The position numbers were made by a program, and so were the translations under genes. The notes below the pieces were generated by a model. It was given only the letters and a program-made list of their open reading frames with translations. It was not told where the DNA came from and did no database searches. Shown here piece by piece: positions 11,453 to 24,581 of a stretch of DNA of 64,000 bases; the first letter of the stretch is position 1; each line of letters starts with the position of its first letter. Source of the stretch: an uncultured Gemmatimonadales bacterium (GTDB lineage: Bacteria; Gemmatimonadota; Gemmatimonadetes; Gemmatimonadales; Gemmatimonadaceae); assembly GCA_963850905.1 (NCBI GenBank), contig CAWKMU010000003.1:1664001-1728000 (forward strand). Reading direction: 5' to 3'.

Positions 11453-11593
11453 TCAGGGCGTGGAAGGTGGCCCGGCGATGTGCGTGTACAGCCAGAGGGC
11501 AATCGCGAGAAACACCGCGACGGCCTTGTATCCCAACCGCTCCGTGAATGCTGCCGTCACTCGGCGTCGAATCCGAGCAGTGCGGGGCGTCAC
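11453..11593 (-). CDS. 46-aa single-TM protein resembling a CdaR/YbbR N-terminal anchor (not in ORF track)
   Basis: MTPRTARIRRRVTAAFTERLGYKAVAVFLAIALWLYTHIAGPPSTP; GTGA overlap with the upstream stop; fills the operon gap. Confidence 0.55.
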   Translation of the reverse strand: MTPRTARIRRRVTAAFTERLGYKAVAVFLAIALWLYTHIAGPPSTP

Positions 11594-12189
11594 GAGGCCG
11601 GCTCCCGCAGCAGCTGGCCGATGAGCGACTCGTTGCCCGGCGATCCCCAGTCCGCTGCGCCGATCACCTTTTTGCGAATGATGCCATCGCGGGCAATCAC
11701 GAAGGTCTCCGGAACCCCGGTAGTCTGGTACTCCTGCTCAATCTCGCCGGGCGCGCGCGAGCCGTCCGATGTAAAAGGGGCCACGGTGGGATCGCGCAGG
11801 ATCTCGAATGTCAGCCCGTACTGTTTCGCAAACGCCTTGATCGTCGAGTCCATGCCCGGCGCGTCGACGCTGACGGCGACAATATGCAGCCCGCGCGGGC
11901 CATACACACGCTGCAAGGCTTCGATCGAGGGCATCTCCACGCGACAGGGCGCACACCAGGTCGCCCAGACGTTCAGCAGCACGACATCGCCCTTGTAGTC
12001 CCGCAGCGTTCTGGCCTGGGATGTCGGCCCGGCCGGTACGACGACGGGGACCGCGCGGAAGTCCGGCGCGCGGGACCCGAGTGTGACGAGAGCGAACTGT
12101 CGGACGATGAAGTGATTGGCTATCGCGAACACGATCGCCAGTGCGATGACGACGCCCCCGACTACTCCGAGCTGCTCACGGGCCGTCAT
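11590..12189 (-). CDS. TlpA/ResA-family thiol-disulfide oxidoreductase
   Basis: N-terminal TM, LNVWATWCAPC, GVPETFVI. Confidence 0.9.
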   Translation of the reverse strand: MTAREQLGVVGGVVIALAIVFAIANHFIVRQFALVTLGSRAPDFRAVPVVVPAGPTSQARTLRDYKGDVVLLNVWATWCAPCRVEMPSIEALQRVYGPRGLHIVAVSVDAPGMDSTIKAFAKQYGLTFEILRDPTVAPFTSDGSRAPGEIEQEYQTTGVPETFVIARDGIIRKKVIGAADWGSPGNESLIGQLLREPAS

Positions 12190-12196
12190 AGGCGCC

Positions 12197-12862
12197 TCAC
12201 GCCAGGCTCGTGCACCGTGCACGCAAGGCGCGGATCTCGGCTGCCGGACCGTCCGCCCCGAACACGGCTTGTCCCGCGACAAAGGTGTCCGCGCCGGCCT
12301 GCCAGGCGGCCCCGATGGTATCGCGATTGATGCCGCCGTCCACCTCGAGTCGGGCGCGACTCCCCGTTGCGCGCAGCAATACCCGGGTCCGGGCGAGCTT
12401 GTCCAGCGAGTATCGGATGAACTCCTGGCCGCCGAAGCCCGGATTGACCGACATGACAAGGGCGAGGTCGATGAAACCGGCGACCTCGCGCAGGGCTTCG
12501 ACGGGCGTGGCGGGGTTGATCGCGACGCCGGCGGCGCAGCCCAGCTCCTTGATGCGGCACAGATGGCGGTCCAGGTGCGCAGTGGCCTCTGCGTGAATCG
12601 TCATGCCACTGGCACCGGCACTCGCAAACGAGTCGAAGTAGCGTTCGGGCTCGACCACCATCATGTGGACGTCGAGGGGGAGCGCCGTAAGGCCACGTAC
12701 CGTCTCGATCATCTTGGCGCCGAAGGTGAGGTTCGGGACGAACCGGCCATCCATCACATCGAGATGGAGCGCGTCCGCGCCACCCGCTTCGCACGCCGCC
12801 ACCGCGGCAGGGAGGTGGGCCCAATCCGCGCTGAGCAAGGACGGCGCAATCCACACGCTCAC
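12197..12862 (-). CDS. rpe: Ribulose-phosphate 3-epimerase
   Basis: IAPSLLSAD, HLDVMDGRFVPN, MSVNPGFGGQ, VDGG. Confidence 0.97.
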   Translation of the reverse strand: MSVWIAPSLLSADWAHLPAAVAACEAGGADALHLDVMDGRFVPNLTFGAKMIETVRGLTALPLDVHMMVVEPERYFDSFASAGASGMTIHAEATAHLDRHLCRIKELGCAAGVAINPATPVEALREVAGFIDLALVMSVNPGFGGQEFIRYSLDKLARTRVLLRATGSRARLEVDGGINRDTIGAAWQAGADTFVAGQAVFGADGPAAEIRALRARCTSLA

Positions 12863-13593
12863 CGGTGCGCCCCGGCCGAGACGGTGAGATCGATGGCCGT
12901 ACCCGCGGCAACCGCCACGCCCTCGACCGGACTTTGGGCGGTCACGGTGCCTGCAGGCTCGGTGGACGTCGAATCCAGCTTGCTCGTCGTAGCAGTCAGC
13001 CCGACCTGCTCGAGCTGCGCCCTCGCCTCGCCGAAGGGGCGACCGACGAGATACGGCACCTCGATCGTCGCAGGGCCCGCGCTGACGACGAGGGCAATCG
13101 CCGACGGCAAAATGAGTTGCGTGCCCGCCGCGGGAGACATCGACAGCACTTCCCCGCGCCGCACGGGACTCTCGTGCTCGCGGATGTCGCCGACCTCGAG
13201 GCCCACCTTCTCGAGCGCCAGCTGCGCTTCCTCGCGGTCCATGCCGACGACGTTGGGCGCCGCGGCCCGACGCTGGCCCGCGCTGACATCGAGCACGATC
13301 CGCGAGCCTCTTGCGGCCGATGTGGCCGGGCCCGGGGTCTGCGACAAGACGGTCGACCGTGGCGATCCGACGTTGTAGCGCGACTCGCCCTGTTGTGCGC
13401 GAAAGCCGACAGCGTTCAGGCGCATGGCGGCTTCGTCGAAGGACAGTCCCAGCACGTTAGGCACCTTGGCGTCCTCAGGCTCGCCCCGGACGGGGAAGAC
13501 AAAGACGAGCACAAGAAGGTAGGCGATCGCGAATCCGCCGATACCCGCGCCGAGATAGGGGAGAAGCCGTCGCAGTGAGAGTCGTGCCATCAC
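12859..13593 (-). CDS. Membrane-anchored PASTA-domain protein (three repeats, no kinase domain)
   Basis: TM followed by VPNVLG / APNVVG / VPYLVG repeats. Confidence 0.88.
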   Translation of the reverse strand: MMARLSLRRLLPYLGAGIGGFAIAYLLVLVFVFPVRGEPEDAKVPNVLGLSFDEAAMRLNAVGFRAQQGESRYNVGSPRSTVLSQTPGPATSAARGSRIVLDVSAGQRRAAAPNVVGMDREEAQLALEKVGLEVGDIREHESPVRRGEVLSMSPAAGTQLILPSAIALVVSAGPATIEVPYLVGRPFGEARAQLEQVGLTATTSKLDSTSTEPAGTVTAQSPVEGVAVAAGTAIDLTVSAGAHR

Positions 13594-15109
13594 GCAGTCA
13601 GGCCGCCGCGGCGGCGGAGACGCGCGGCAAACGCGCCGTCGATGTCATGGCGCTGCGGCAAGGTGCGCAGTCGACCTGCGTCGAGCGCGGCTGTGGGCAC
13701 CACCTGGTCGGCTGGTGGCTCCAGCGCAAACTCGGGGTGGTCGGCGAGAAACGCCTCGATCTGCATGTCGTTCTCTTCGGGCTCGAGCGAACATGTCGAG
13801 TAGATGAGCAGACCGCCGGGGCGCACAACTGTTGCCGCCGAGCGCAGCAACGCGCGTTGCGCCGCCGTCACCACGGCGAGGTCCGAAAGCTTGAGACGCC
13901 ATCGCGCATCGGGATGCCGCCTGAACGTACCGGTGCCGGTGCATGGCGCGTCGATGAGGATCGCGTCGAGCGGGCGCGTCGCGGGGGCCAGGCCGTCGGC
14001 CACGAGCGCCACGATGTTCCGCGCTTCGAGGCGCTCGATGTTGGCAATCAGGCGCTCGAGGCGCACTGGTGAACGGTCGCTCGCGACGACGAGCCGTGCC
14101 TCGCGGGACAGTTCCAACGCCTTGCCACCTGGGGCCGCACAGAGATCGCCCACGACGCTTCCACTCGGAATGGATGCGTATTGCGCGACCAGCGTCGCGG
14201 CGGGGTCCTGCACGAAGAACAGTCCCTGGCGGTAGGCTCCCAGCTCGGCCAGCGCCGGCGTCGCGCGAAACAAGACACTGTCCCGAACGAGCGGCGGTTC
14301 GCCGACATGCACGCCAGCGGCTTCGAGCATCGCTTCGAGCTGCTCTCGTACGATGCCGTACGGGCGGACCACGAGCGGGGCTTCCGAATTGTTGGTGTGC
14401 AGAAGAGCGGCGGTCTCTTCAGCCCCCCAACGCGCGAGCCAGCGGGCAACGAGCCATCGCGGATGCGAGTAGCGCAAGGCCAGAGCATCCAGCGGGTCTG
14501 CTGGCACGGCGGGTTCCAGCCCCGATGGATCGCTCGTGCGGTCGCGATCGAGTCGGCGCAGCACAGCGTTGGCGAGACGGCTCGCGCCAATGCCGTGGCG
14601 GCGTTTCGTAAGCTCCACGGTCTGCGCGATGGCGGCGTAGGCCGGCACGCTTCCCATGCACAGCAGCTGGTACGCACCAAGGCGCAGCAGATCGGTCAGG
14701 TCCGCATCGAGGCGGGCGAGCCCACCGCGGACGCGCGCAGACAACACGGCGTCGATCCACGCCCGGTGGCGCAGCATGCCGTAAACGAGCTCCTGCGTCC
14801 AGCGGCGGTCGCGCGCGTCGAGGCCAGCAGCGCGCCGCTCAAACGCACGATCGAGGAGATCGCCTTGGCGCAAGTCCGCGCAGACCGTCTGCAGCAGCAA
14901 CGCGAGAGTCGGTAACGCCGCCGACCGGGTGCCGCGCCGACGTCGCCCCAGCGCCGACGCCGGGGTTCGACTCGCGCGCCGACATCCTCCGGCCCGATCG
15001 GCATGTCACCGCCCTCCGCGGCCACCGCGACGGGCGGCGTCGGGCCATCGGCTGGAGGTACCCGGGTCATTGGACCGGCAGTGTGGGTGCCGGGATCGTC
15101 ATCCGTCAT
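13590..15109 (-). CDS. rsmB: 16S rRNA m5C967 methyltransferase (N-terminus frameshifted near 14890-14940; start uncertain)
   Basis: NusB-like N-terminal domain, [32 protein letters not shown]. Confidence 0.9.
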
Positions 15110-15922
15110 CCCAGCATGCCGGCGCGCGGCGACGACGGCACGGCCACTTCACGGCGTGGCATACGGCCGGCAAGGAACGCGAGCCGGCCGGCGTCGACGG
15201 CCAGGCGCATCGCGGCGGCCATCCGGACGGGATCTTGCGCCGCCGCCAGACCGGTGTTCATGAGGACCCCATCGACGCCCTGCTCCATGGTAATGCACGC
15301 GTCGGAAGCCGTGCCCACGCCGGCATCGACGATCACCGGGACGCCGAGCCGGTGCTTGATCGTGCGAATCGCAAACGGGTTGAGGAGCCCGAGCCCGGAG
15401 CCAATCGGCGAGGCCAGCGGCATGACGGCGACCGCGCCGGCGTCCTCGAGGCGCAATGCCGTTATGAGGTCGTCGTTGGTGTACGCCATGACCTGAAATC
15501 CCTCGGCGGCCAGGGTGCGTGTGGCCTCGACGACACCGACGGGGTCGGGCAGCAGCGTCTGCTCGTCGGCGATCACCTCGAGCTTGACCCACTCGTTGAA
15601 GCCAGCAGCTCGCGCAAGCCGCGCGTACCGCACTGCGTCGGCCACGTTGTAGCAGCCGGCGGTGTTGGCCAGCAGAAATATCTGCGCCAGGATCGAGGTG
15701 CGCGAGCATGCCCTCCTCGTTGCCGCGATCCAGATCCACGCGACGAACAGCGACCGTCACGACCTCGGCGCCGGACGCCTCGATCGCGCGCCGCATGAGC
15801 TCCAGGGACGTGTACTTGCCCGTGCCCACCATCAGGCGTGAGCGAAACTCGCGGCCCGCCGATGGTGAGCGGGGCGTCGAGCGTTGCGTGCTCTGCGGCG
15901 AATGATGGCGGCCACGGGTCAT
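15106..15922 (-). CDS. thiG: Thiazole synthase (frameshifted near 15680 and 15870)
   Basis: [41 protein letters not shown]. Confidence 0.93.
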
Positions 15923-16212
15923 CCACCTCCAACAAAGTGGACGAGCTCGAGCACGTCGCCGGCACTGAGATGTCGGCGAGCGTACGAGCTCCGGTCCCGC
16001 AGGATCTCCCGATTGTGTTCGACCACGATCGCCCGCGGGTCGAGCGCGAGCGCACGGAGCACGTCCGCCAGCGTCGCGTCCGCCGGGACCGTGCGCACGT
16101 CACCGTTGATGGTCACGGCAATCGATTGGCCGGCATCGTCGCGATGCGGCGCGTCAGGAGAGCTCGCCCGCCCCACCGCGATCAGCGGCTCGTGCGTCTC
16201 GGACGGCGTCAT
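15919..16212 (-). CDS. thiS: Sulfur carrier protein (start uncertain)
   Basis: VTINGD...VEHN...[14 protein letters not shown]-terminus. Confidence 0.9.
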   Translation of the reverse strand: MTPSETHEPLIAVGRASSPDAPHRDDAGQSIAVTINGDVRTVPADATLADVLRALALDPRAIVVEHNREILRDRSSYARRHLSAGDVLELVHFVGGG

Positions 16213-16864
16213 ACGCCGAAAGATAGTCGGCGGCTGCACGTTCGGCATCGACCGCATGCCAGATCCCCCGAATCACTGCGACGCCATGTGCACCGGCGGT
16301 CAAGAGCTGGCGCACGTGCGTCGGCCGCACCCCGCCGATCGCAATGACCGGGATCGGCACGGCGGCGCAGATGTCGGCCAGGAACGATGTCCCGCGCTCG
16401 GGCGCGCCAGGCGTGCGATGGCGTCGCGAAAGACGTGTCCCGCTACCAACCAGGCGGGCGTGCCATCCTCCGCCTTCTCGATTGCTGCACGCGCTTCCTC
16501 AACGCTGTGTACGCTCGCACCGATCTCGATCGGTGCGAACTGGGCCCGCGCAACGTGGACGCGTCTGACGCGCATTCGAGAGCGTCAGGCTGCGAGTGGT
16601 GAGCTGCACTGCCCGCGCGCCCACGCAGAGTGCCACATCAACGCGATCATTGACGACGAGCCACGCGCCAGTCGCCGTCCTGGTAGTGTGCGAGCTCGGT
16701 CGCAAGGTCGAATAGCCGGCGGCCACTGGCCGCGTTGGCTCGCAGGTGCACGGCGCCGCGGGGACCGAGCGCGCGCATGACGGCGGCGCGCAAGTGGGAT
16801 GAAGTCTGGCCGAGCGACGATGTCGTCTGCTCGTGACCGCGTGAACGACCGGTAGCGATGTCAC
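16154..16864 (-). CDS. thiE: Thiamine-phosphate synthase family protein (multiple frameshifts)
   Basis: Fragments VVNDRVDVA, IGASVHS, PVIAIGG, AGAHGVAVIRGIW. Confidence 0.8.
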
Positions 16865-17823
16865 GACCCGAACCGGTCGCGGACACGAATGCCGCGGCCG
16901 CGAGCCCACTCGGACGGCCGTCATGCGGGATCGTCCCGCGGGCTGAACCTGTGCAATGCGCACCGCGCCGTTCGCCGCAGGCGACCGTGCACCCCGCCTC
17001 GTCGATGGCGCAGCACGGTGCCTGGCCTCTGCCGCACCGGCTTGTGTGTCCGCGTGTCCGCTCGCGTGACAACCTGGGCGCCGAAGAGCTTGACCTCTCC
17101 CGCCGGGCCGATCGTCGTCGCGCCGGGTCGGGGGTCATAGGCGCGCACCGCCCGCGCGACGAGATCCGCGGACTGCGACCAGTCGATTCGCGCCGCCGCC
17201 TTGCTCCACCTTGGGCGCGTATGTGGCGGCGGCGTCGTCCTGCGGGTGACTCGGTGGCCGCACCCAGCTCGACCAGAGCGAGAGCCTCGACGAGCGCTTG
17301 GGTGCCGAGCTCGGAGAGGCGGAGCTGGAGCTCGCCGTACGTCTCATCCGCTGCGATTGGCGTGGCGATTTGCAGCAAGCACGGGTCCCGCATCGAGCGC
17401 CGGCACGATCCGCATGATCGATACGCCGGTCTCGGTGAGGCCCTCTCGAATGGCTGCCTGGATGGGTGCCGCTCCCCGTAGCAGCGGGAGCAGTGAGGCG
17501 TGTACGTTGAGCGTTCCGAGAGGCGGCAGGCCGATGAGGTCGGACCGGAGCAGGTGGCCGTAGGCCACGACGACCGAGATGTCGGGGCCGAGCAACCGCA
17601 CCGTGTCCAGAAAGTCGGCGCCCCGCGGCTGCTCCGGCTCGAGCACCGTCAACCCCTCGGCGACCGCGGCCGGCTTGACCGGGGACGGCACAGCCTGCGA
17701 GCGCGAGCGCCCCTGGGGGCGGTCCGGCCGGGTCACGACCCCCACGACATCAAACCCCTCGCCCAGTAACGCCCGGAGCGACGGCACCGCGAAGTCGGGA
17801 GTGCCGAAGAACAGGATCTGCAT
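16861..17823 (-). CDS. fmt: Methionyl-tRNA formyltransferase (multiple frameshifts)
   Basis: FFGTPDFAVPSL, VVAYG, NVHASLLP..RGAAPIQ, RAYDP. Confidence 0.92.
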
Positions 17824-17834
17824 GGGCAAAGAAA

Positions 17835-18078
17835 CGGGGTCAGGGACCAGGGGAGCGACAATCACAACCACAACGACAACGGCGGGCGGGCTGAAGCCCG
17901 CCCCTACATGTTGCTGCGGACGGCGTCACCTCAGGACTCGTCGACAGTCGACGCAGGTGCTTAGGGAGCACCCTCGAGTTTCACCTTTCATGCCGACATG
18001 TAGGGGCGGGCTTCAGCCCGCCCGCCGTTTGTCGTGGACGCCGTGGTCCCTGATCCCTGATCGCTGAACCCCGGCCCC
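17835..18078. repeat. REPIN-like element (two inverted GTAG-REPs) flanked by heptamer arms
   Basis: Perfect 34-bp inverted repeat 17878-17911 / 17996-18029 containing GTAG-GGGCGGGCT-TC-AGCCCGCCC; outer arm TGGTCCC TGATCCC TGATCGC TGAACCC. Confidence 0.9.
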
Positions 18079-18079
18079 C

Positions 18080-18669
18080 CTATAGCTCCTCATCCGCTCG
18101 GCTGTCGTCATGGTGCTCCGCAATCGCCGTGGCAGGGACAATGGTTCGAATCAGCGCCGGGTATTTCACCTTCTCCTCTTCCCATTTCGCCAGCGCAGAG
18201 CGGCGCTTGAAGATCCCGAAGTAGTCGATGAAGAGCTTGCCGTGCAGGTGATCGATCTCGTGCTGAAGGCAGCGCGCCAAGAGATCGGTGCCTTCGATCT
18301 CGAACGGGTGGCCGTCGCGATCCAGCGCGCGGACAACGACCCGTGCTGCCCGCTCGACATCGCCGTAGATCTCGGGGATCGACAGACAACCTTCCTCGCC
18401 GCGCACGCGATCCTTCGTGCACGAGGATCTCCGGGATTGACGAGGGCGACGGGATGCTGTCGCCCGCCCGTCGCGGTCGACATCGATCACGGTGATGCGC
18501 TCGCGTCCGGCCAACCTGGGGCGCGGCCAGACCGATGCCGCGTGCCGCATACATCGTCTCGAACATGTCATCGATCAGGCGTCGCGGACGTCGTCGGTGA
18601 CCGGCGGTGACCGGCTTGGTCTCCTGTCGGAGGATCTGCGGAGCCGAGTACGTGGATGCCGAGCACGGC

Positions 18670-18673
<4 letters not shown>
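18080..18673 (-). CDS. def: Peptide deformylase (multiple frameshifts)
   Basis: [27 protein letters not shown]. Confidence 0.93.
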
Positions 18674-20236
<1,563 letters not shown>

Positions 20237-20237
20237 G

Positions 20238-21277
20238 TCAGATGATCACCATCGCGTCGCCGTACGAGTAGAAACGGTACTGGCCGGCTACCGCCTCTCG
20301 ATACGCACGCATGGCGAGCTCGTAGCCGGCGAACGCGGCGACCAGCATGAGCAGCGTCGATCGCGGCAGGTGGAAATTGGTGATGAGCCGGTCCACGACC
20401 AGCCACGGGTACGGCGGACGGATGAATAGGCGCGTCTCCCCCGTGCCAGCGCGCACGCCCGCCGTCCGACAGGGCGGCACTCTCCAACGTCCGCGCCGCC
20501 GTCGTGCCGACGGCCCACACATGGTGCGCGCCGCGACGAGCGGTCGCGACGATCGCGACGGTCTCCGGGGGGACACTGTACCACTCCTCGTGCATGACGT
20601 GTTCGGCCGGATCCTCGGCCTCGACCGGCTTGAACGTCCCCGCGCCGACGTGCAGCACGACGTCGCGCGCGCACCACGCCGTGTGACTGCAGATCGGCGA
20701 GCAGCTCAGGCGTGAAGTGCAGGCCGGCCGTCGGCGCCGCCACGGAGCCACGCTCGCGGGCGTACACGGTCTGGTACCGATCGACATCTGCCGAGCGTAT
20801 CGGGACGCGTCACGTACGGCGGGAGCGGGACGTGGCCAAATCGCTCGATGGCGTCGTCGACTGCCAGTGGCAGTGCGCAGACGCACGATGCGCGTGCGGC
20901 GGTCGGTGACTCGCTCGATCTCGACGGTCAGCTCTGGTGCGATCAGTGACGGTGCGGCCGGCGCCGAGCTTCCCGCCGGGACGAACGAGCGCTTCAAACC
21001 GCTCCTCGCCAATGGGCCGGAGCAGCAGGACCTCGGCCGGTGCGCCGGAGCCGACGTCGCGTGCCGAGGAGCCGCGCGCGTGAGCACGCGCGTCGTATTG
21101 AGAACGAGCACATCGCCTGGCGGTATGAGCGCCGCGAGATCGCGAAACGTCCGGTGGGTGATCGTGCCCGCTCGCGCGGTCGACGACCATCAACCGGCTG
21201 GCAGTCGCGCGGCTCGACGGGCACCTGCGCGATCCGGTCTGCTGGCGGCGGAAGATCGTAATCGGACGTGAGTACAT
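20238..21277 (-). CDS. queA: SAM:tRNA ribosyltransferase-isomerase (multiple frameshifts)
   Basis: [51 protein letters not shown]. Confidence 0.94.
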
Positions 21278-21342
21278 GGCAGCCGGTATCGACCGGGCGA
21301 TCGGCGCGCGGATGGCTGCGAGACGAAGCAGTCGGTCGCTAC

Positions 21343-22411
<1,069 letters not shown>

Positions 22412-22447
22412 GACTGGTAGAATATACCACCGAATGAAGGCCGAAAG

Positions 22448-22560
22448 CTAGGGACTGGACGTTAGACGCCGGACGCTAGACGCTGGAGACGAACCTGAAG
22501 GGTCAGGCGCGGAGCATCTCCCTTGCCGCAGAGATTTGTTCTCCAGCGTCTAGCGTCTAG
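22448..22560. repeat. Inverted heptamer-arm element (CTRGACG family)
   Basis: CTAGGGA CTGGACG TTAGACG CCGGACG CTAGACG CTGGAGA ... TCTCCAG CGTCTAG CGTCTAG. Confidence 0.85.
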
Positions 22561-22567
22561 CCCCTCA

Positions 22568-23160
22568 TCATCGCATCTGGCTGAGCGCGGCCCGAATCAT
22601 CTCTGCGGCGGGGCGCACACCGCTGCCGTCGACCACCGCCCGGACGGCGCGCTCCGCGTCGCCGCGGGCGTAGCCAAGGCGCACGAGACCGAGAACCGCC
22701 TCGTCGACTGCCGGCGAAGCCGGGCGCGCGGCCGCTGATCTGGCGGCTCGAAGAGTGCTTCCAACTTGTCTGCGAGGTCGAGCACCAGCTGCTCGGCCTT
22801 CTTCTTGCCGACGCGCGGGACGCTTCGCAGCGTCGGGACGTCGCGCTCCCGGATCGCCCGCACCAGTCGCTCGCTCGAGAGCGTCGACAGAAGGCTGAGC
22901 GCGAGCGACGGGCCGATGCCCTTTGCCGCGAGCACGGCCCGAAACACCTGGCGATCGTAGGGCTGGCGAAGCCGAACAACTGCCAGCCGTCTTCCTTGAC
23001 CACGAGGTGCGTGTGCAGCGTGACGTCATGACCAGTCGCCGGCAGCGCTTCGAAGGTCGTGAGCGGGATCGCGAGGTCGTAGGCCACGCCGCCGGCGGTC
23101 AGGATCTCCGCGCGATCGATATCCTTGGCGAGCAGGCGGCCCGTGACTCGCTGAAATCAC
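22568..23160 (-). CDS. ruvA: Holliday junction DNA-binding protein RuvA (frameshifted)
   Basis: LHTHLVVKED..LFGF, GIGP.LAL, VPRVGKKKAE, LVRLGY. Confidence 0.92.
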
Positions 23161-23168
23161 GCACGGCG

Positions 23169-23694
23169 CTACGCGTCCCGCGTGCGTCCGGGCGATGACC
23201 CGTGCGGGCCGGATCGGCGGTCCGTCAGGCAGTAGGTGAGCGCGGCCGCCACGCCGTCGGCCGCGTCCGATCGGATAGCGGGGCCGATCGCAGGCGGAGG
23301 AGTCGCGTGAGCATGAACTGCACTTGCTCCTTGGTGGCGGCACCCGGTGCCGACGACCGCTTTCTTGATCACGGCGGGCGCGAACTCATGGACCTCGATG
23401 CCGGCGCGCGCGCCCGCCAGCAGGACCACGCCGCGGGCGTGGCCGAGCACGACGGTCGTGCGCACATTGCGTGCGTAGAAGACATCTTCGACCGCCAGCG
23501 CATCGGGCCGATGGCGCTCGATCAGCTCGACGACCCCCTCATAGATGTCCCGCAGTCGTCGCGGCAGCGGGTCGCGCGGTCGGGTGCGAATGACGCCGCA
23601 TTCGACCAGGACGGCGTGGCGCGGGCCCTCGACCCGCCGGACGACGCCATACCCCGTGGCTGCGGTGCCGGGATCGATCGCCGAGGATCGTCAC
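23169..23694 (-). CDS. ruvC: Crossover junction endodeoxyribonuclease RuvC (frameshifted)
   Basis: [26 protein letters not shown]; lies between yebC and ruvA. Confidence 0.9.
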
Positions 23695-24438
23695 GCACGC
23701 GCCATGTCGGCGACATCCATGTCGAAGTTCGCGTCGACCTTCTGCACGTCGTCGAGTTCCTCGAGCTCCTCGAGCAGCTTGACGAGCGACTCCGCCGTCT
23801 TGCCTTCGACGCGCACCGTGGTTTTCGGGATCCATGCGACTTCGCTCTCGACCACCTGGATAGCCTTCGCGCTCGAGCGCGCGTGCGCACGGCGTGCACG
23901 GTCGCCGGCATCGGTCGTGATCGACGAATTGATCGTCCTCCCGACGGACGTCTTCGGCGCCCGCATCGAGCGCGACCTCCAGGACGGCGTCTTCCTCGTG
24001 AGCGGTCGCGTCGACGTAGATCTGGCCCTTGCGGTCGAACATCCAGGCGACGGAGTTGGTGGCGCCGAGATTGCCGCCGCCACGCGACAGCTTGTGGCGG
24101 ATCTCGGCCACCGTGCGCGTCGGATTGTCGGTGACCGTCTGGATCATGAGCGCGACGCCACCGGGGCCGAACCCCTCGTACATGACCTCAGTGTACTGGA
24201 CGCCTTCGAGCTCCCCGGTGCCCTTCTTGACGGCGCGCTCGATGTTCTCCTTGGGCATCGACGCCGCGCGTGCATTCTCGATGGCGGTGCGGAGCCGCGG
24301 ATTACCGCCGGGGTCACCGCCGCCCTGCTTCGCGGCTACGGTGATTTCGCGAATGAGCTTGGTGAACTGGGCCCCGCGCTTCGCGTCGGCCGCAGCCTTG
24401 TAGTGCTTGATCTGTTTCCATTTGCTGTGACCGGCCAT
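23691..24438 (-). CDS. yebC: YebC/PmpR family protein (frameshifted near 23880-23930)
   Basis: [40 protein letters not shown]. Confidence 0.95.
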
Positions 24439-24464
24439 GGTGGAAAAGATACAAGGGGCGAGGG

Positions 24465-24581
24465 GTAGGAGGTTAGACGCTAGACGCTGGACGCTAGAGA
24501 CCAACCTCAGAGACGAGCCGCGGTGCACGCAGCTGGCCCTGAGGTTTGCTTTCCAGCGTCTAGCTCTAGCGTCCAGCTCTA
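24465..24581. repeat. Inverted heptamer-arm element (CTRGACG family)
   Basis: TTAGACG CTAGACG CTGGACG CTAGAGA CC AACCTCAG ... CTGAGGTT TGC TTTCCAG CGTCTAG CTCTAG CGTCCAG. Confidence 0.85.

Noticed and set aside
10628..11998. Long antisense or alternate-frame ORFs (also 29371-31311, 38585-40264, 42338-43912, 50027-51385, 61948-63588)
   Set aside because: They shadow well-supported genes, are Arg/Ala/Pro-rich with no motifs, and are expected in high-GC DNA
16860..16930. TPP riboswitch before thiE-thiS-thiG
   Set aside because: thiE abuts fmt with no leader, and no TPP consensus was recognised
17878..18029. Possible CRISPR repeat-spacer unit
   Set aside because: Repeats are inverted rather than direct, only two per locus, and no cas genes are present
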